Source: Amoeboaphelidium protococcarum X5
Lineage: Eukaryota > Fungi > Aphelidiomycota
Assembly: GCA_023515725.1 (NCBI GenBank)
Contig: JALDTO010000155.1
Span: 1,027,147-1,091,146, forward strand
DNA: 64,000 nucleotides
Direction of reading: 5' to 3'
Part shown: one piece after another, positions 1 to 12,599 of the stretch
Layout: each line of letters begins with the position of its first letter
Position numbering within the stretch: the stretch's first letter is position 1
The notes under the pieces: model-generated
The model's input: the letters and a program-made list of their open reading frames with translations, nothing else
Told to the model about the DNA's origin: nothing
The model's database searches: none
Program-made: the position numbers and the translations under genes

Positions 1-1827
1 CATTCCGTAAATTGCAGCATTGCCCTCCTCTTGGCTCTGCTTTCCATCACCATGAGCTATCGCCTTCAGCGTTTTAATTCTCACCTACTCAACAGCATCC
101 TTTAAATCAGCGATAAATTGGCCATAGGAATTAACAGTAGGCAACGTGCAGCAAATATGGATGGCAGCCGGATGCTGCAAAGTATTCAAATTCCACCCTT
201 TGGCCGTCATCGTATCACCAATAGAGTAGATGTTGTACTTTTAACTAGTAAAGGCGATAACCATGGCCAACGGGTCTCCACACACTTCAATGCCCTCAAT
301 AGATTTAACGCCTTCTTTAATAGCTCTAGCCGCAGTGACAATCTTCTTTGTGCTCTCAATGTATCCACTCTCCCCCATGTGCAGAAGTGCTGCATAACAA
401 GAGGCAACCAAAGCACCACTTCTACTCCCAGCAATCGATGGAGAAGCATAGATGCCGCCGGACCATTCTGGAAACACAAAATATTAATACTTTCTCACCT
501 CAGCACTTCTGTACATGATAACAGACGATCCTTTAGGTGCAAATCCAAACTTGTGAGTATCACAAGAGATTGAAGTCACACCAGGCACACGGAAATCAAA
601 CGGCCTTATACCTTCACCGAATCCAGCCTTGACCAAAAAGGGAACAATAAATGATCCTAGGCAGCAGTCAACATGCAAACCAATATTAAAACTCTACGCC
701 AACTTGCCCAACTACTCGATATCGTCAAATATTCCATGCGGATAATTTGGCGAACTACCGACAATCATTATGGTATTGCTTGTGATAGCACGGCGCATCT
801 TCTTCATATCCACTCTCCACCCATTCTTCTTATCAATGTCAACGTGAGTCACCTTCACCATGAAATAAGCCGCAGCCTTATCGAAAGCGGCATGAGCAGT
901 AATTGGAATGACAATCTCAGGCTCAGTGATGCCCTTTGTATGGAAAGCCCAATCCCTATGCGCTTTCACACTCATCAAGATACTCTCCGTACCTCCGCTA
1001 GTGATATTACCACAGGGACTTCCTGCCGCGGAATCATCGCCCTTCTTATCACCTCCATGCTTCATGGGAGCATTAAACATGTTCAAAAGCATAGAGACCA
1101 CCTCAGCCTCCATCAGTCTTGTACTCGGAAACACGTCAGGATGAAGTGGATTAGAATGAGAGAACATGGAATAAGTCTCCACAAGCAGCTCTGACAACTC
1201 TTTCCCGCCATGATACACCGTGCCTGACACCTTTCCACCACGCCAGTCTACATGTTCTAACTCCTTGTGTCGCTTCAAGATATCCTGAATCTACTCATTG
1301 GACATGGACTTTGCAGGCAGCTTGGCCAGGGGTTTGATCTTATGCGTGCTCTCCACTTTAAACAACTTGTCCTCGACATCATCCAGCACCTTGCCCAGCT
1401 CTAATTATATTGTACGCCGCACCGATGGAATTAACTTGAGCAAATTGAACACTGTATGGATGCAGGTAGTCTTTATAACTTTCCAGTGTTGGCACAGAGT
1501 ACGAGAGCGAGCCCATTTCAACAACTTGAACACTGAATACAACAGCACGGTATAGAACACAATGCTCTTGACGTCATACTCAAAAGTGCTCCAAAATTAA
1601 TAAAACTAATTCTAAAGAGGTTAAATAAAGCTCCTACTGACGTACTTAACCGGTGACTAGTTGAGAAAACTCTGATACTTTGGATACACTTTCGTGTAGT
1701 ACAGCATCTCCCACTAGTACAAAGCTCGTTAGACATTCTAGTTGCCAAACAGAAAGCTGTTTATCTACCGACCCCACTGACTATGAGGAACTTACGGACC
1801 AAAAATAAAGTCGTACCAGTAGCCCAT
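1..1827 (-). CDS. DPL1: Sphingosine-1-phosphate lyase (PLP-dependent); 3' end runs off the window
   Basis: Single frame from ATG 1827 with TAR=Gln; motifs [49 protein letters not shown] (PLP lysine). Confidence 0.95.
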
Positions 1828-2414
1828 GTTGACCGATAATTTAAACTTTCGTACGATACTACACAATGAGGTGAAAGGAAGAAAGCGAGGAAGAAAATCG
1901 CGTGCGGGTCTCCAAATCAAAGGGACGATTAACAGTGTACTGTACAGACCTCTTTTAGTTTTTGATATTTATTGGAATGCTATGAGCCATCCTTAACAGA
2001 ACTTACTTTTCGGAGATAGGTGATTGCATGAAATGTTAGTTTGATTTGCATAGTTATAAAACTGTGGGATTTTACAGTCAAATGATGATCTAAGTAGAAT
2101 TACGATGGGCGCAATTGTAAGTTGTGATGTGAAGAGCAGTTTGAATCGGAATTTTACTAGAAATATTTGCTGAGCAAGGAGTTTCTTCTCATAGTTTCAT
2201 CATATACAGTACTGTACCGTAGAGGGCGCCAAGCTATTAAGGCAAGATTTGAAACATCATGACGCCTCGTCAGCGCCCAATCAGATAGTCGTTTCACTCG
2301 GCAGCATCGGTTCATGATTGGCCACAGTCATATGAAACAGTCGAGTCTGTGAAATCTTCTCTTTGATTTTATATAACCCATCCAAATCGAAAGCACATTA
2401 TAATCTACAGCCTT

Positions 2415-2786
2415 ATGTCGCGTTTTACCAAGTTTGCCCAAAGTTTAAATGAGAATTTAGGGTTATACGTTGTGGGTGCAGCGTTTATAACCACCGTGAT
2501 AACACCTTCGTTGAATGCAACGAGATTATAACGCTTGGAGTCTAAGCTTGAAACCTCAAATGAGATGAATCAAGTGAGGTTTGAAAAAGGAGAACTGCAA
2601 CGCTAGCAACTATAATTCATTTTGTCCTAAGACATTTCAGATGTCAAGAAGGATATTGCATATGTCAAGGAAGATGTTGATCAAGTAAAGAGGGACATTG
2701 ATCAGCTCAAGGTTGACATGAAGAAAATGAAAGATGAAGTAAAAAAGGATTTAGCTGAAATCAAGGCTCTAATTGTAAATAATTGA
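2415..2786 (+). CDS. Small protein (123 aa) with N-terminal hydrophobic segment and heptad coiled coil
   Basis: ATG..TGA ORF under TAR=Gln: LGLYVVGAAFITTVI followed by DISDVKKDIAYVKEDVDQVKRDIDQLKVDMKKMKDEVKKDLAEIKAL. Confidence 0.7.
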
Positions 2787-2997
2787 TAATTGTTAAAAAA
2801 GAATTACTTTAGTCGCATACCTTATTCCCGCCCTTTATTATACGCGTTAGCACAGATCAGACGCGTTATGTTCTTCCGACCTTAACTGTCTTGCGTTGAC
2901 ATCCCACTCAACTGCACCAATATTAAGCACTGAGTATGAATGAATAAAGAATATATAATTTTCAATCTGCAGAATTGAAATGTCTATTATATATAAT

Positions 2998-5678
2998 TCA
3001 TTGACCAGCGGTGTTTGAAGCACCAAATACAATCTTCGCCAACTCATCGAAACTTGATACAAAGTGAGCCTCAATGCCATCTTTGATGAAATCTTCAAGA
3101 TCTTCATAATCACCTTCATTCGCTTTGGGGAATATTATCCGCCTGGCACCAGATCTTTTTGCTGCGATGATTTTCTCCTTTACGCCGCCAATCTTCAACA
3201 CTTTGCCTGTCAGTGTAAGCTCTCCAGTCATTGCAACATCTGAAGGCACTGGCTTATTCAATGCCAATGAAAGCAATGCAGTGCACATTGTCACTCCAGC
3301 ACTAGGCCCATCTTTCTTAATGGCTCCATGAGGAACATGCAGATGGAAAGAGTTCTACTGAAAGAAGTTACTTTCAGGCTATAAGTGGCGGAGATATTAC
3401 TATGCATAAGTGTAGGCAATATCTGTGGACTCTTTCATGACATCTCCCAACTGACCTGTGGGCACAATGCTGGCGCGTCCAGTCTTGTTATGAAGATCTT
3501 TACTGATACACTCAACGTACAAAGTTGCACCACCTTGACCAGTCCAAGCGAGACCTCTGACAACACCGGACGGTGGACTATCATACATCATCTCCTGACT
3601 GTAAATGGGAACACCAACGAAATCTGGTAAATTCTGATCAGTTACAACTATTACATGACCCTTATTAGTATTCGAATCATTCTCTTCCTACTTCTGCACA
3701 ACTTTAAATGCAGCCTTCCTATAAATCTTTTCAATCTACTTTTTTAAATTACGGACACCACTCTCTCGACAATATTCATTGATTAAGCGCACCAAACTTT
3801 CTGGAGTCAGTTCAACTTGATCTTTGGTTAATCCTGCATTTTTACGAGCACTGTCCATCAGGTATTAATTCGCAATGGCAACCTTCTCTTCAGTCACGTA
3901 TCCAGACAGTTCGATAACTTCCATTCTATCTAAGAGCGGTCCTGGAATGGTATCCAGAACGTTAGCAGTGCACATAAAAAGAGCCTTGGACAAGTCAAGC
4001 GGAACGTCAAGATAATGATCCATAAACGAGGAATTCTACTCAGGATCCAGGACTTCTAATAAGGCACTCGAAGGATCACCACGGAAACTACTTCGACCAA
4101 TCTTGTCCACTTCATCTATGAGAATTAAAGGATTCTCAGTCTAAACCTTCTTTAAAGCTTAAACAATCTTTCCAGGCAATGCGCCAACGTACGTTCGCCT
4201 ATGGCCTTTAATTTCACTGACATCACCCAGACCACCAACGCTAAATCTATAGAATTCTCTATTCAGCGCCTTGGCAATACTTTTACCAATAGAAGTCTTA
4301 CCCACTCCTGGCGGTCCAGCCAAGCACAGAATTTTACCTTAAGCGGCATTACTGTTCAATTTACTCACCGCGACAAACTCCAAAATACGCTCCTTCACAT
4401 CCTTCATTCCATAGTGATCATGATCTAAAATCTATCTGGTACGGCCAATATCAAGGCTATCCACAGACTATTTACCCCACGGAAGAGAAGTGAGCCAGTC
4501 CAAATAGTTGCGACTGACATTGAATTCCATTGAGCTTGAATCTAAATTCATAAACTTGTTCAGCTCTTCATCAAATACCAGTGACACTTCTTCTGGCATT
4601 TATAACTTGGATCGCAAGTCCTTGAATTTGAGCACTAATTTATCTTTACCATCGCTGTCTATACCCAGCTCCTTCTATATCCCCTTCATGTGCTCCATCA
4701 AATAATACTCCTTCCTAGCCTTGTTCATTTTCTCCTCAACTTCGCGATCAATCTGTTCTTGAAGTTTGGCATTGGACAGTTCCTTCTTCAGGATAACTAA
4801 AACTTTCTATAAACGTTCCTCTATCACCATTGACTCTAATACTTACTATAGCTCTTCAGCACCAGCAAACTGACTAATAGATGCTGAAAAGTCGGCTAGC
4901 AGAGCAGGATCATCCATAATACTTGGCCTGCTGGATAAACTCAACATTGTCACCTGTTCGCGTACCTGCGGATTATAACGAATCAAATCTTTGATGCAAG
5001 ACAAAATCTCAGTAGTGAGAGCCTTAATAAGAGGATTCTTGCTGTATGGTTCATCATAGACATTGCTAACAACCACACGACTAACAGCCTCATCTTGCAT
5101 AACATCATACTTTGATAACTGCTGCTACTTTAATCCCTCATCGCCAGACAATTGATGACTCGCTGAACCAGCGGACGGCGATGTAGAATCACTTATGCTT
5201 CCCCTTCCACCAGGCGATGGATTAAGTAATTCGGTAATTCTGACACGTCGCTGAGGTAAAACAATTAAATTCAAATCGCCATTCTGCATCTTCTCTGTCC
5301 TCAGTATTTAGGTGAACGTTCCCATCGAGTGAACCTGATCCTTCGACCTGATGACATCATCCGGAAAGTCGTCATCTTTAGTGAGGAAACATCCTATATA
5401 CGGCTAATTGGACTTCATCAGCCGATTAATACTCAGCTTAACCGCCGGATCAGATACCTAAACACTCTTTGTCATTTACGGGAACAGAGGCTTCATAGTG
5501 ATGGGCACCAAAAGCATATTCGGATAAAGCTCGGGTATAGTAGCCTTTTACAATTCCTACATCAACTTTAGAATGATATAAGAGATACTAAAAACTACGT
5601 TATTAGTCATACCGTTGAACTATATAATCTCCTCTAACTTATGCATAAACGTGACAGAGATGCAACTCTACAACTCAT
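2998..5678 (-). CDS. PIM1: Mitochondrial Lon protease (877 aa); intron 5566-5612
   Basis: Presequence-like [22 protein letters not shown]; Walker [23 protein letters not shown] (catalytic Ser), [20 protein letters not shown]. The 47-nt GT..AG intron keeps the frame. Confidence 0.96.
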
Positions 5679-5933
5679 TTTCTAAATCATGATATCGCTC
5701 AGTATAGTCACTAAATTATTTTTTAAAGAGGCTGCGTAAGAGTCGCCGCGAAAGAAAAAGATTCCTCTTCCTGCGCGTTTAGCTCTTTGTCTCCGTCTCT
5801 TAGCTTTTGTCTTTCTCTTCAGGCCTTTAGCGTCGTCGTTCTGTTGGCCTTTAAATCGCGTCTTCAATCTCTCTTTAAAATCGACGAAGAAAGCTTTGTG
5901 ACGGTGATTTGTTAAGAACGAGCTGCAAGTACA

Positions 5934-6452
5934 ATGACGCGCCTATTGATTTCAAAGATAAACCCACAGGCAGTTAAATAGTCTAATATAAATATTTTAT
6001 GCTTCAACAGATTCAAGACTGTAAAGAGTGGAAGGGATGATAAATCAAAGAAGAATGTGATCAGTTCTTCTACTTCTGAGTCTTTGCAAGATGTCGTCTT
6101 CCCTCGATATGGTGTCAATGATAATCCGAATTCGAATGATTTGAGTAGTATTTCTACAGATGGTTAAACTTAATCTTTATTGAATGAATAAGCAGAGAAA
6201 GTTTTCAAAGAATATCAACGTGTTATCTATGAGTAAAAGAGTCAGTAAATATAAAAATAACATGAAATGATGAAGGCTGCGTGCTTAGAGTTGGAGAGAT
6301 GCGCACCAGAACTGTTTAAACGCGCCATGATTAAAGAAAAGGGATAGTACATGCCACTGTAGAGACGTATCTTAACTGATACACCAGCTGATAAAGTTTG
6401 GGATTATGACTATGTAAAGGATAAAAATTTGAAAAGTGACACCAGGAGGTGA
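5934..6452 (+). CDS. Probable mitochondrial ribosomal protein mL40 (yeast Mrpl28 family)
   Basis: 172-aa ORF with basic presequence-like N-terminus and MMKAACLELERCAPELFKRAM...MPLQRRILTDTP motif. Confidence 0.7.
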
Positions 6453-6575
6453 TAGTTGAATAAGTTGGACGTTCCTTTTAGCTCATTTTATCTTTTTCGC
6501 AGTTTTCATTTCTTTATCATCAGATTGATTTTATCTAATTGTGAATTTTATAATTCATAATCTTATTATAATAGT

Positions 6576-7670
6576 ATGGTGACGCGTAGTGTGGTGAAAT
6601 TGAGTGGACATGAACTGTTTAGATATCGACTGGTGTTGGCGACTCTGACTGGCAACAGTGTCGTTATTGAGGACATTAGGCCTGATGGAGATTTTACTGG
6701 TCAAGTTGGCGTCAATGCGGCAGAGATTCGATTTATGAAACTGTTGGAGGCTCTCACCAATGGATCTGTATTTGATATCAGTTACACTGGTACTAGCATC
6801 AGTTATAAGCCGGGTGCTCTTATGGGTGGCAGATTGGAATTTGATTGTGAATTGGACAAATCGATTGGATACTTTTTGGAGCCTATATTAGCACTGGCGC
6901 CGTTTACCAAGAATCCTATCAACATTTAATTGTATGGTATTACAAATGATGAATAATGCATTACCGTAGATCTTATCAGGACTGTTCTTTTGCCTCAGCT
7001 CACGCGATATGGCCTTGAAGGTACCATTGAGTTGCAGATAAAGAGACGTGGCGCGCGTCCAAACGGTGGTGGGCATGTCCAGTTTAAATGTGCTAATACC
7101 CGCACTCTTAAATCTATTCAGTTCACAGATGAAGGCAGAATTAGAAAGATAAGAGGAGTAGCTTATGCCGCTAGAGTATCACCTCAAAATTCTAATCGAA
7201 TGGTTGAATCGTCGCGTGTACTATTGAATAAATTCATCCCTGACGTTTACATTTACTCGGACGTGTATAAAGGAGTAGAGTCTGGCAAATCTGCCGGATA
7301 TGGTCTATCTCTTGTGGCAGAGTCTACTAGTGGTGCACTTATTTGTGCGGAGAATATGGCACTGGCCGGCTAAACACCAGAAGATGTTGGTCTTCGTGCA
7401 GCAAAACTGTTGTACAATGAAATATCTCGAGGTGGATGTGTAGACTCTAAAAGTTAGTGGCTTAATCTTTTACTTATGGCGTTCGGTCCTGAAGATGTTA
7501 GCAAGATTAGAGTTGGATCGGAACTGACAAAGTTGACTATTGCTTTCTTGCGAGACCTCAAGGAACTTACCGGCGTCCAGTTCAAGATTGTGCGTGACAA
7601 GTCCTCAGATACGATCCTGATGAGCTGTGTGGGTATTGGCTTCATTAATTATGCCAAGAAGGCTACATGA
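6576..7670 (+). CDS. RCL1: RNA 3'-terminal phosphate cyclase-like protein (18S rRNA processing)
   Basis: FRYRLVLATLTG, ISYTGT, SIGYFLEP, RRGARPNGGG, GKSAGYGLSLVAEST; continuous 364-aa frame. Confidence 0.95.
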
Positions 7671-7888
7671 GCGTGAGTATTTAGATCTTATAACTATATC
7701 ACGCTTACAGAATGGGCTATTTTTAAATCTTGCCGCTCTTCGATTGTTTCAATTCTTCCTTCCTATTTACTTACTTTCGGTCCATAGTCAACTCATCTAT
7801 CACCATATTTTCAACTTGTTTGGTCATACTTTGTTGGGATTTCCTATCTCAAATTGTCCATACTTTCAATATAGAACGTATACTTGGA

Positions 7889-10822
7889 ATGAGTAATAAT
7901 GGGAATTAAAATTCGGCTCTCAATGAGCTGGATGACATGTTGAATAAGTTGCAGAAAATGTCATCCAAATACAACACTGTAAGTATTTAGCAATATAAAG
8001 TATATGATAATCTTCATATTAATTATTCTATAAATTATCACTACATGTAGCTTACACCTTCACCAGAGAGTCCAGAGACGAACAATATCATTGGAATGTA
8101 CGGAAACATGACGAGTCCTCCTTTACCTTAGAGTAATGCTGCTGTCAGCAATGGTCCTGGTAATAATAAGAGCACGAATATGCCAAATGGTGGCAATAAG
8201 GTTCATCAGCAGTAGAATAAGAATTAGTAGTAGCAGTAATCGCCTCCTCCTGTTTCTCTAAATAAGCCTAACAAGAGTCAGCCTAATCTTAGTGCTCCTA
8301 ATTATGTGGTGAATGGGGGTGGTCCGCCATCATTTGCTGGAGTGTAACCATTGAAGCGACCGCCGCCACAGACAGTTAGAAATTTTGAGCCTGAGCAGGA
8401 CTCTTCTGCCACAATAATGTTCGATGTAGCACCTGTTCCTCCACCTCCAATTTAGAGAGCTTAGAACTTGAGTGCCGATTCTCTCAACTCAATGTCATAG
8501 CGGCACTAATAGTAGTAGTAATTTTCATAGCCCCGGTAGCAGTATTCAAGGTCGGAAAATGGAGATGTTTAGTATATCTAGCCCAAGAGTAAGAGTACTC
8601 AGCAATTAAAGTATGATAGCGATGGTGCGGATCCTAGGTAGATGCTGTATTAGAAGATGACTAATAACTTGAAGTCTAGTAAATCTAAAGAGATGTTTGC
8701 AGATCAGTAAGCTGATCAGTATTATGACAAGCCTCCGCAGTTATAGCCTAAACCACTCAAAGGGATGATTAAGTCGTAATCACAGCCATCTATAAATTCT
8801 GTAAACTCACAGTCCAGTTTAGAGGGACCTGAGGAAGTTGATCTGTCTAATGGCCCAGGCACTGATGATGATTTGGAAGAGGAGCGCTAGCTCAAAGAGT
8901 AGAGCAAGAGAATGTCGGTCGCTTTGAAATTTGAAGAAGTATCTCTTAGTGATTTCTAGAATTTGGACTCTTTATTGGGGGATTTAGATTAGATTTTTGA
9001 TCATAAGAAAGGTCGTAAAATTGGTTAAAGTAAGTTGTAGTAGGAAGTTCCGAAATCATCAGAGACTGAGTATCTAGAGGCTGATTACATTAGTGATTAA
9101 CCGTCAAGTGACCAGTTGCAGCGTGCTACTAGTTTCAACAGAATGAATGCCAGTTCAAAGATGCCTTTAAAGCCACAGTTAAGTGCACCTGGAAATTATG
9201 AGAGTCCTGCTGAAGAGCGTTTAGTGTATCAACCGTATAAATCTCGAGAGAATTTAAATTAATAGAGCCACGAAGATAAAGTTAAGAATGCCATGATGAA
9301 ATTGACCAAGGCTAACGTGAAGAAGATTACTGCTCGTATCTACATTGAGAACGCGTAAACTTTCAAGACTCTGGTTATAACTTCGCTGTAAAGTGCAAAG
9401 CATATCGTGAGGGATCTGAAAGAGCGCAGTTTGCTTGAAGATACTTCCGAGTGGACTCTATTTGAGATTATTAACGAGTATGGGCTTGAGAGGCCATTGA
9501 GAGATTTTGAGATTGTTACCGACGTTATGACCACTTGGGGGAAAGAGTCTCCGAATAGTCTTCTTCTCAAGAAGTATAGGTACAAAGATTCACTGACCGC
9601 GAAAGGAGCCAAGAAATCTTACCCAAAGATGTGTGGTTGGGCATACGTTGAACTGAAGAAGGATAAATGGTAGAAGCGTTATTTGGAGCTGAAGAATGAT
9701 GGTCTCTATTACGCGAAAGATTCCAGGGGTGGTGAGGAGACTCTGCTTTGCCACCTGGACGTCTATGATGTGTATACTCTTATGCGAGTCAAAAAGAAGG
9801 CGCCCACCAAGTTTTGCTTTGCAATGAAGTCCCAAGAGAATGCGGCCGTTTATGAGAATCCGTTCTAGTATTGTTATTATCTGTGTGTGGATTCCCTGGA
9901 TAAAATGAAAGATTGGGTCCTCAGTATTCGCAGTGCCAAGAGTCGTAAACTTTACCTGGAGAGTGCGGACTCTTCTCAATAACAATAGCAACAATAGACG
10001 CCATCTTAGTCTGCGAGAAGCTCGTCATCCTCACATAATGTTAATCCGTATGTCTCTTCATTTAACGACCATTAGCAGCATTCTAATATGATCAAGAAGG
10101 CCGTCTCCAGTAGTGCTCTTAATGATTATGGCAACTTGGCTTTGCAATAACAACCTGGCTAGATGTCTCTTCGCTAGTAGATGACTGGACACGTTCCTTA
10201 GTAATAGCTGTCTCCTTAATTACAATAGTAGCCTCTCAAGTACTAGACTCAATAGCAGTTTTAATAGAGACCCGTGTATGGCGGTCAGCAGCAGTAGATG
10301 TATGCGCAACAGTTTGCATAGTAGTAACAATAGTAGTAGCAGTAATATAGCTCGCCCTAATCTGGTTCTTATAATGCAAAGAATACGGACATGTATGATG
10401 TGGGGCCATATAAGCCTGTTGTTGATAATCCAGCTTTGGCATTCTAGAAACCAGCCGTGTTTCCATAGCATAGTGTGCCGTAAATACCAGTAAAGCCTAT
10501 GGTTGGTGCCAAACCAGAGTAAGCGTCCCTAGTTGAGATCATTGGCTACAAGCAGAAGGATCCGATTGACAATAGTCAGACGCCTGTGAATTTGAACGCC
10601 TTCCATCAGAAGAACTCTCAGATTCATTAACCACTCGTACCATTGACAAAGCGAGAGTTGGAGAAAATACCAGGCGTAAAAATCTCCAAGTATGATGTGA
10701 AGAAGGAGACCAAGCGAGTGGAGAACAAGAGCAAATGCTAGTATTGTAATTGTACAGCTTTTGCTCGCAATCCCTTCAAAGAGTATAGCTGTGCCAACTG
10801 CTTTCACGTCCATGATGCATGA
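7889..10822 (+). CDS. MRL-family-like (RIAM/lamellipodin/Mig-10) RA + PH adaptor with LD-type motifs, poly-Gln tracts and C-terminal Cys/His motif; intron 7979-8050
   Basis: EDKVKNAMMKLTKANVKKITARIY preceding an RA domain (WTLFE..GLERPLRDFEIV..VMTTW) and a PH domain (KWQKRYLELKNDGLYY, KKAPTKFCFAMK, DWVLSIRSAK); single frame after a GTAAGT..TAG intron. Confidence 0.85.
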
Positions 10823-11056
10823 TACTTCCGCTGGGTAATCAGGTTTAGATTTGCCATTGAATGACTTACTGAGTGATGATGAATGCATGTAAGACGATTC
10901 GTTTATACAATAGTTGAGCGGACGTTATGTTTTCATTTGTAGTTACGATATTTTGATCACACTCGGTGCCAAAACTATTCAAATTTATGTTCTCGCAGAT
11001 GTTTGATCTTGACTAGCCAACCGTGTATAAAAACTTAAAGTCATCTAAAAAAACTC

Positions 11057-12256
11057 TCATTTTCTAAATTCATAAATTCTTTCAAGCAACTCTCTCGTAG
11101 ACTACAGCTCATTTATTAACACCTAATTCTTACCAAGCAAACGTTGCTCCTTTAGTCTGCTCTTTTGCAGTAGGTCCTAATTTTTCGTACAGTGCGGACA
11201 CTTCAGTTTATCTTACTGCTTGACGCGCCTGCTCATTTCCTCTAAGGCATCAATCGCTGCGGAGTTGGCAGGAGGTTAGCTAGATGAAGAGTGTTGGGCG
11301 CTTATAGGAGGAGGAGACAGATTTGCAAATAGATTATCAATCTCCGAGTCGGTATCCAGAAACTCTGCATCGTCTGCTGATGATTCTTCCGTCTCCTCTC
11401 TACCAACCTCCTCTGTGTAATAATCTTCATCCGTCAGATCGCGTGTTTCATCTTCGCTATCAGTGCACTATTACCACCCCCTGCTCGAAGATTGCTGACT
11501 ATTTGAGGAGAACTTTGGAATCTCCATATTATGATGCTGACTACTCCTCTGTTCGGTACTCCTTGCTGACCATTGGAATTTAGAAGCTGAAGGAGATGTA
11601 TACTACCGCCCCTAACTGTCGCGACGTGTTGAATGATCTCCAGATAGCTGCGAGCCCACCACCTCTGCATTGCGGTATCTTCTTTGCGTGCCTTCTCCAT
11701 TAGATTTCAAATTTGATAAACTGCTTTTACCAAAGTGGGATGGCTTTGCATATTAAAATCCCTTTGGATTAGGCCAATTTCTCTACGATTGCTATTACTG
11801 CCTACCAACGACGGGGGATGGATTTCTTTTATCAGCGTTAGACGGCTCTCCCATCACGGCATCCATCATGGCATTGTCCCATTGGCTGCCACTTCCACCT
11901 TTATGAGTACCTTAAAACCCTCCGATAGCTTCGTCTCTGAATCGTAATACTTCCACGAGATCCTTCTAATCAAATCTGTAATCACTACCAGATCCTAAAG
12001 GTGTACCAAAGATCCAAGGCTTCAGTTGGTCACGGCTAGCACCAATCTTTATCAGACGTTATAACACGGTCCTACATCTATCCTTCAATTGACAAGGTTT
12101 TTTGCCAGCTCTTACAAGGCCTTCAAATTCTGGGTCTTTTAGAATGACAGCCCATTTAGACGGGCCATATTTTATCAACCCGCGCCTCAACAGTCTTGTA
12201 TCCTCTGCAGTCCAATTCTCTCTAGTCCTTGGTCCCCTTGCGTATTAGAATGGCAT
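11057..12256 (-). CDS. Single-Myb (telobox-like) protein with disordered acidic middle and C-terminal CxxC + coiled coil (399 aa)
   Basis: WTAEDTRLLRRGLIKYGPSKWAVILKDPEF...QLKDRCRT resembles the TRF-type telobox (LKDKWRT); ATG..TGA frame intact. Confidence 0.8.
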
Positions 12257-12599
12257 CTCGAGTTTAGATATTATCTAGATGGCAATTTTTGTATGAGAAT
12301 TAGAAAAGATGAAGATATTTATCAATTTGAATGGCTTAAATATCGATTCCTCAAATCTAACTATAGCTTTGGGTAAGGGGAGTATGCTAAGGGGATTAAA
12401 GTTGCTCGTGTGACTATATATGAGTTCTGCTCATATATACTCAATAATAGAAGGTAATGCTAATAGAAAAGAGTATTATTATACTACAGTATGTACACCT
12501 TTATTTACAAATTATTTCAATCATCGACGGCTTAACTACTAACTCCAACGCGTAAATTTCACCTAACAGTCAGTTATTTTCCAAATAAATTTTATTGGT

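Noticed and set aside
1760-1795. Apparent GTAAG intron donor near the S1P lyase start
   Set aside because: The frame reads straight through as CCG TAA GTT (P-Q-V); no intron is needed.
5682-5867. Basic ORF MKTRFKGQ...
   Set aside because: It lies in the short divergent promoter between Lon and mL40 and reflects CT-rich composition.
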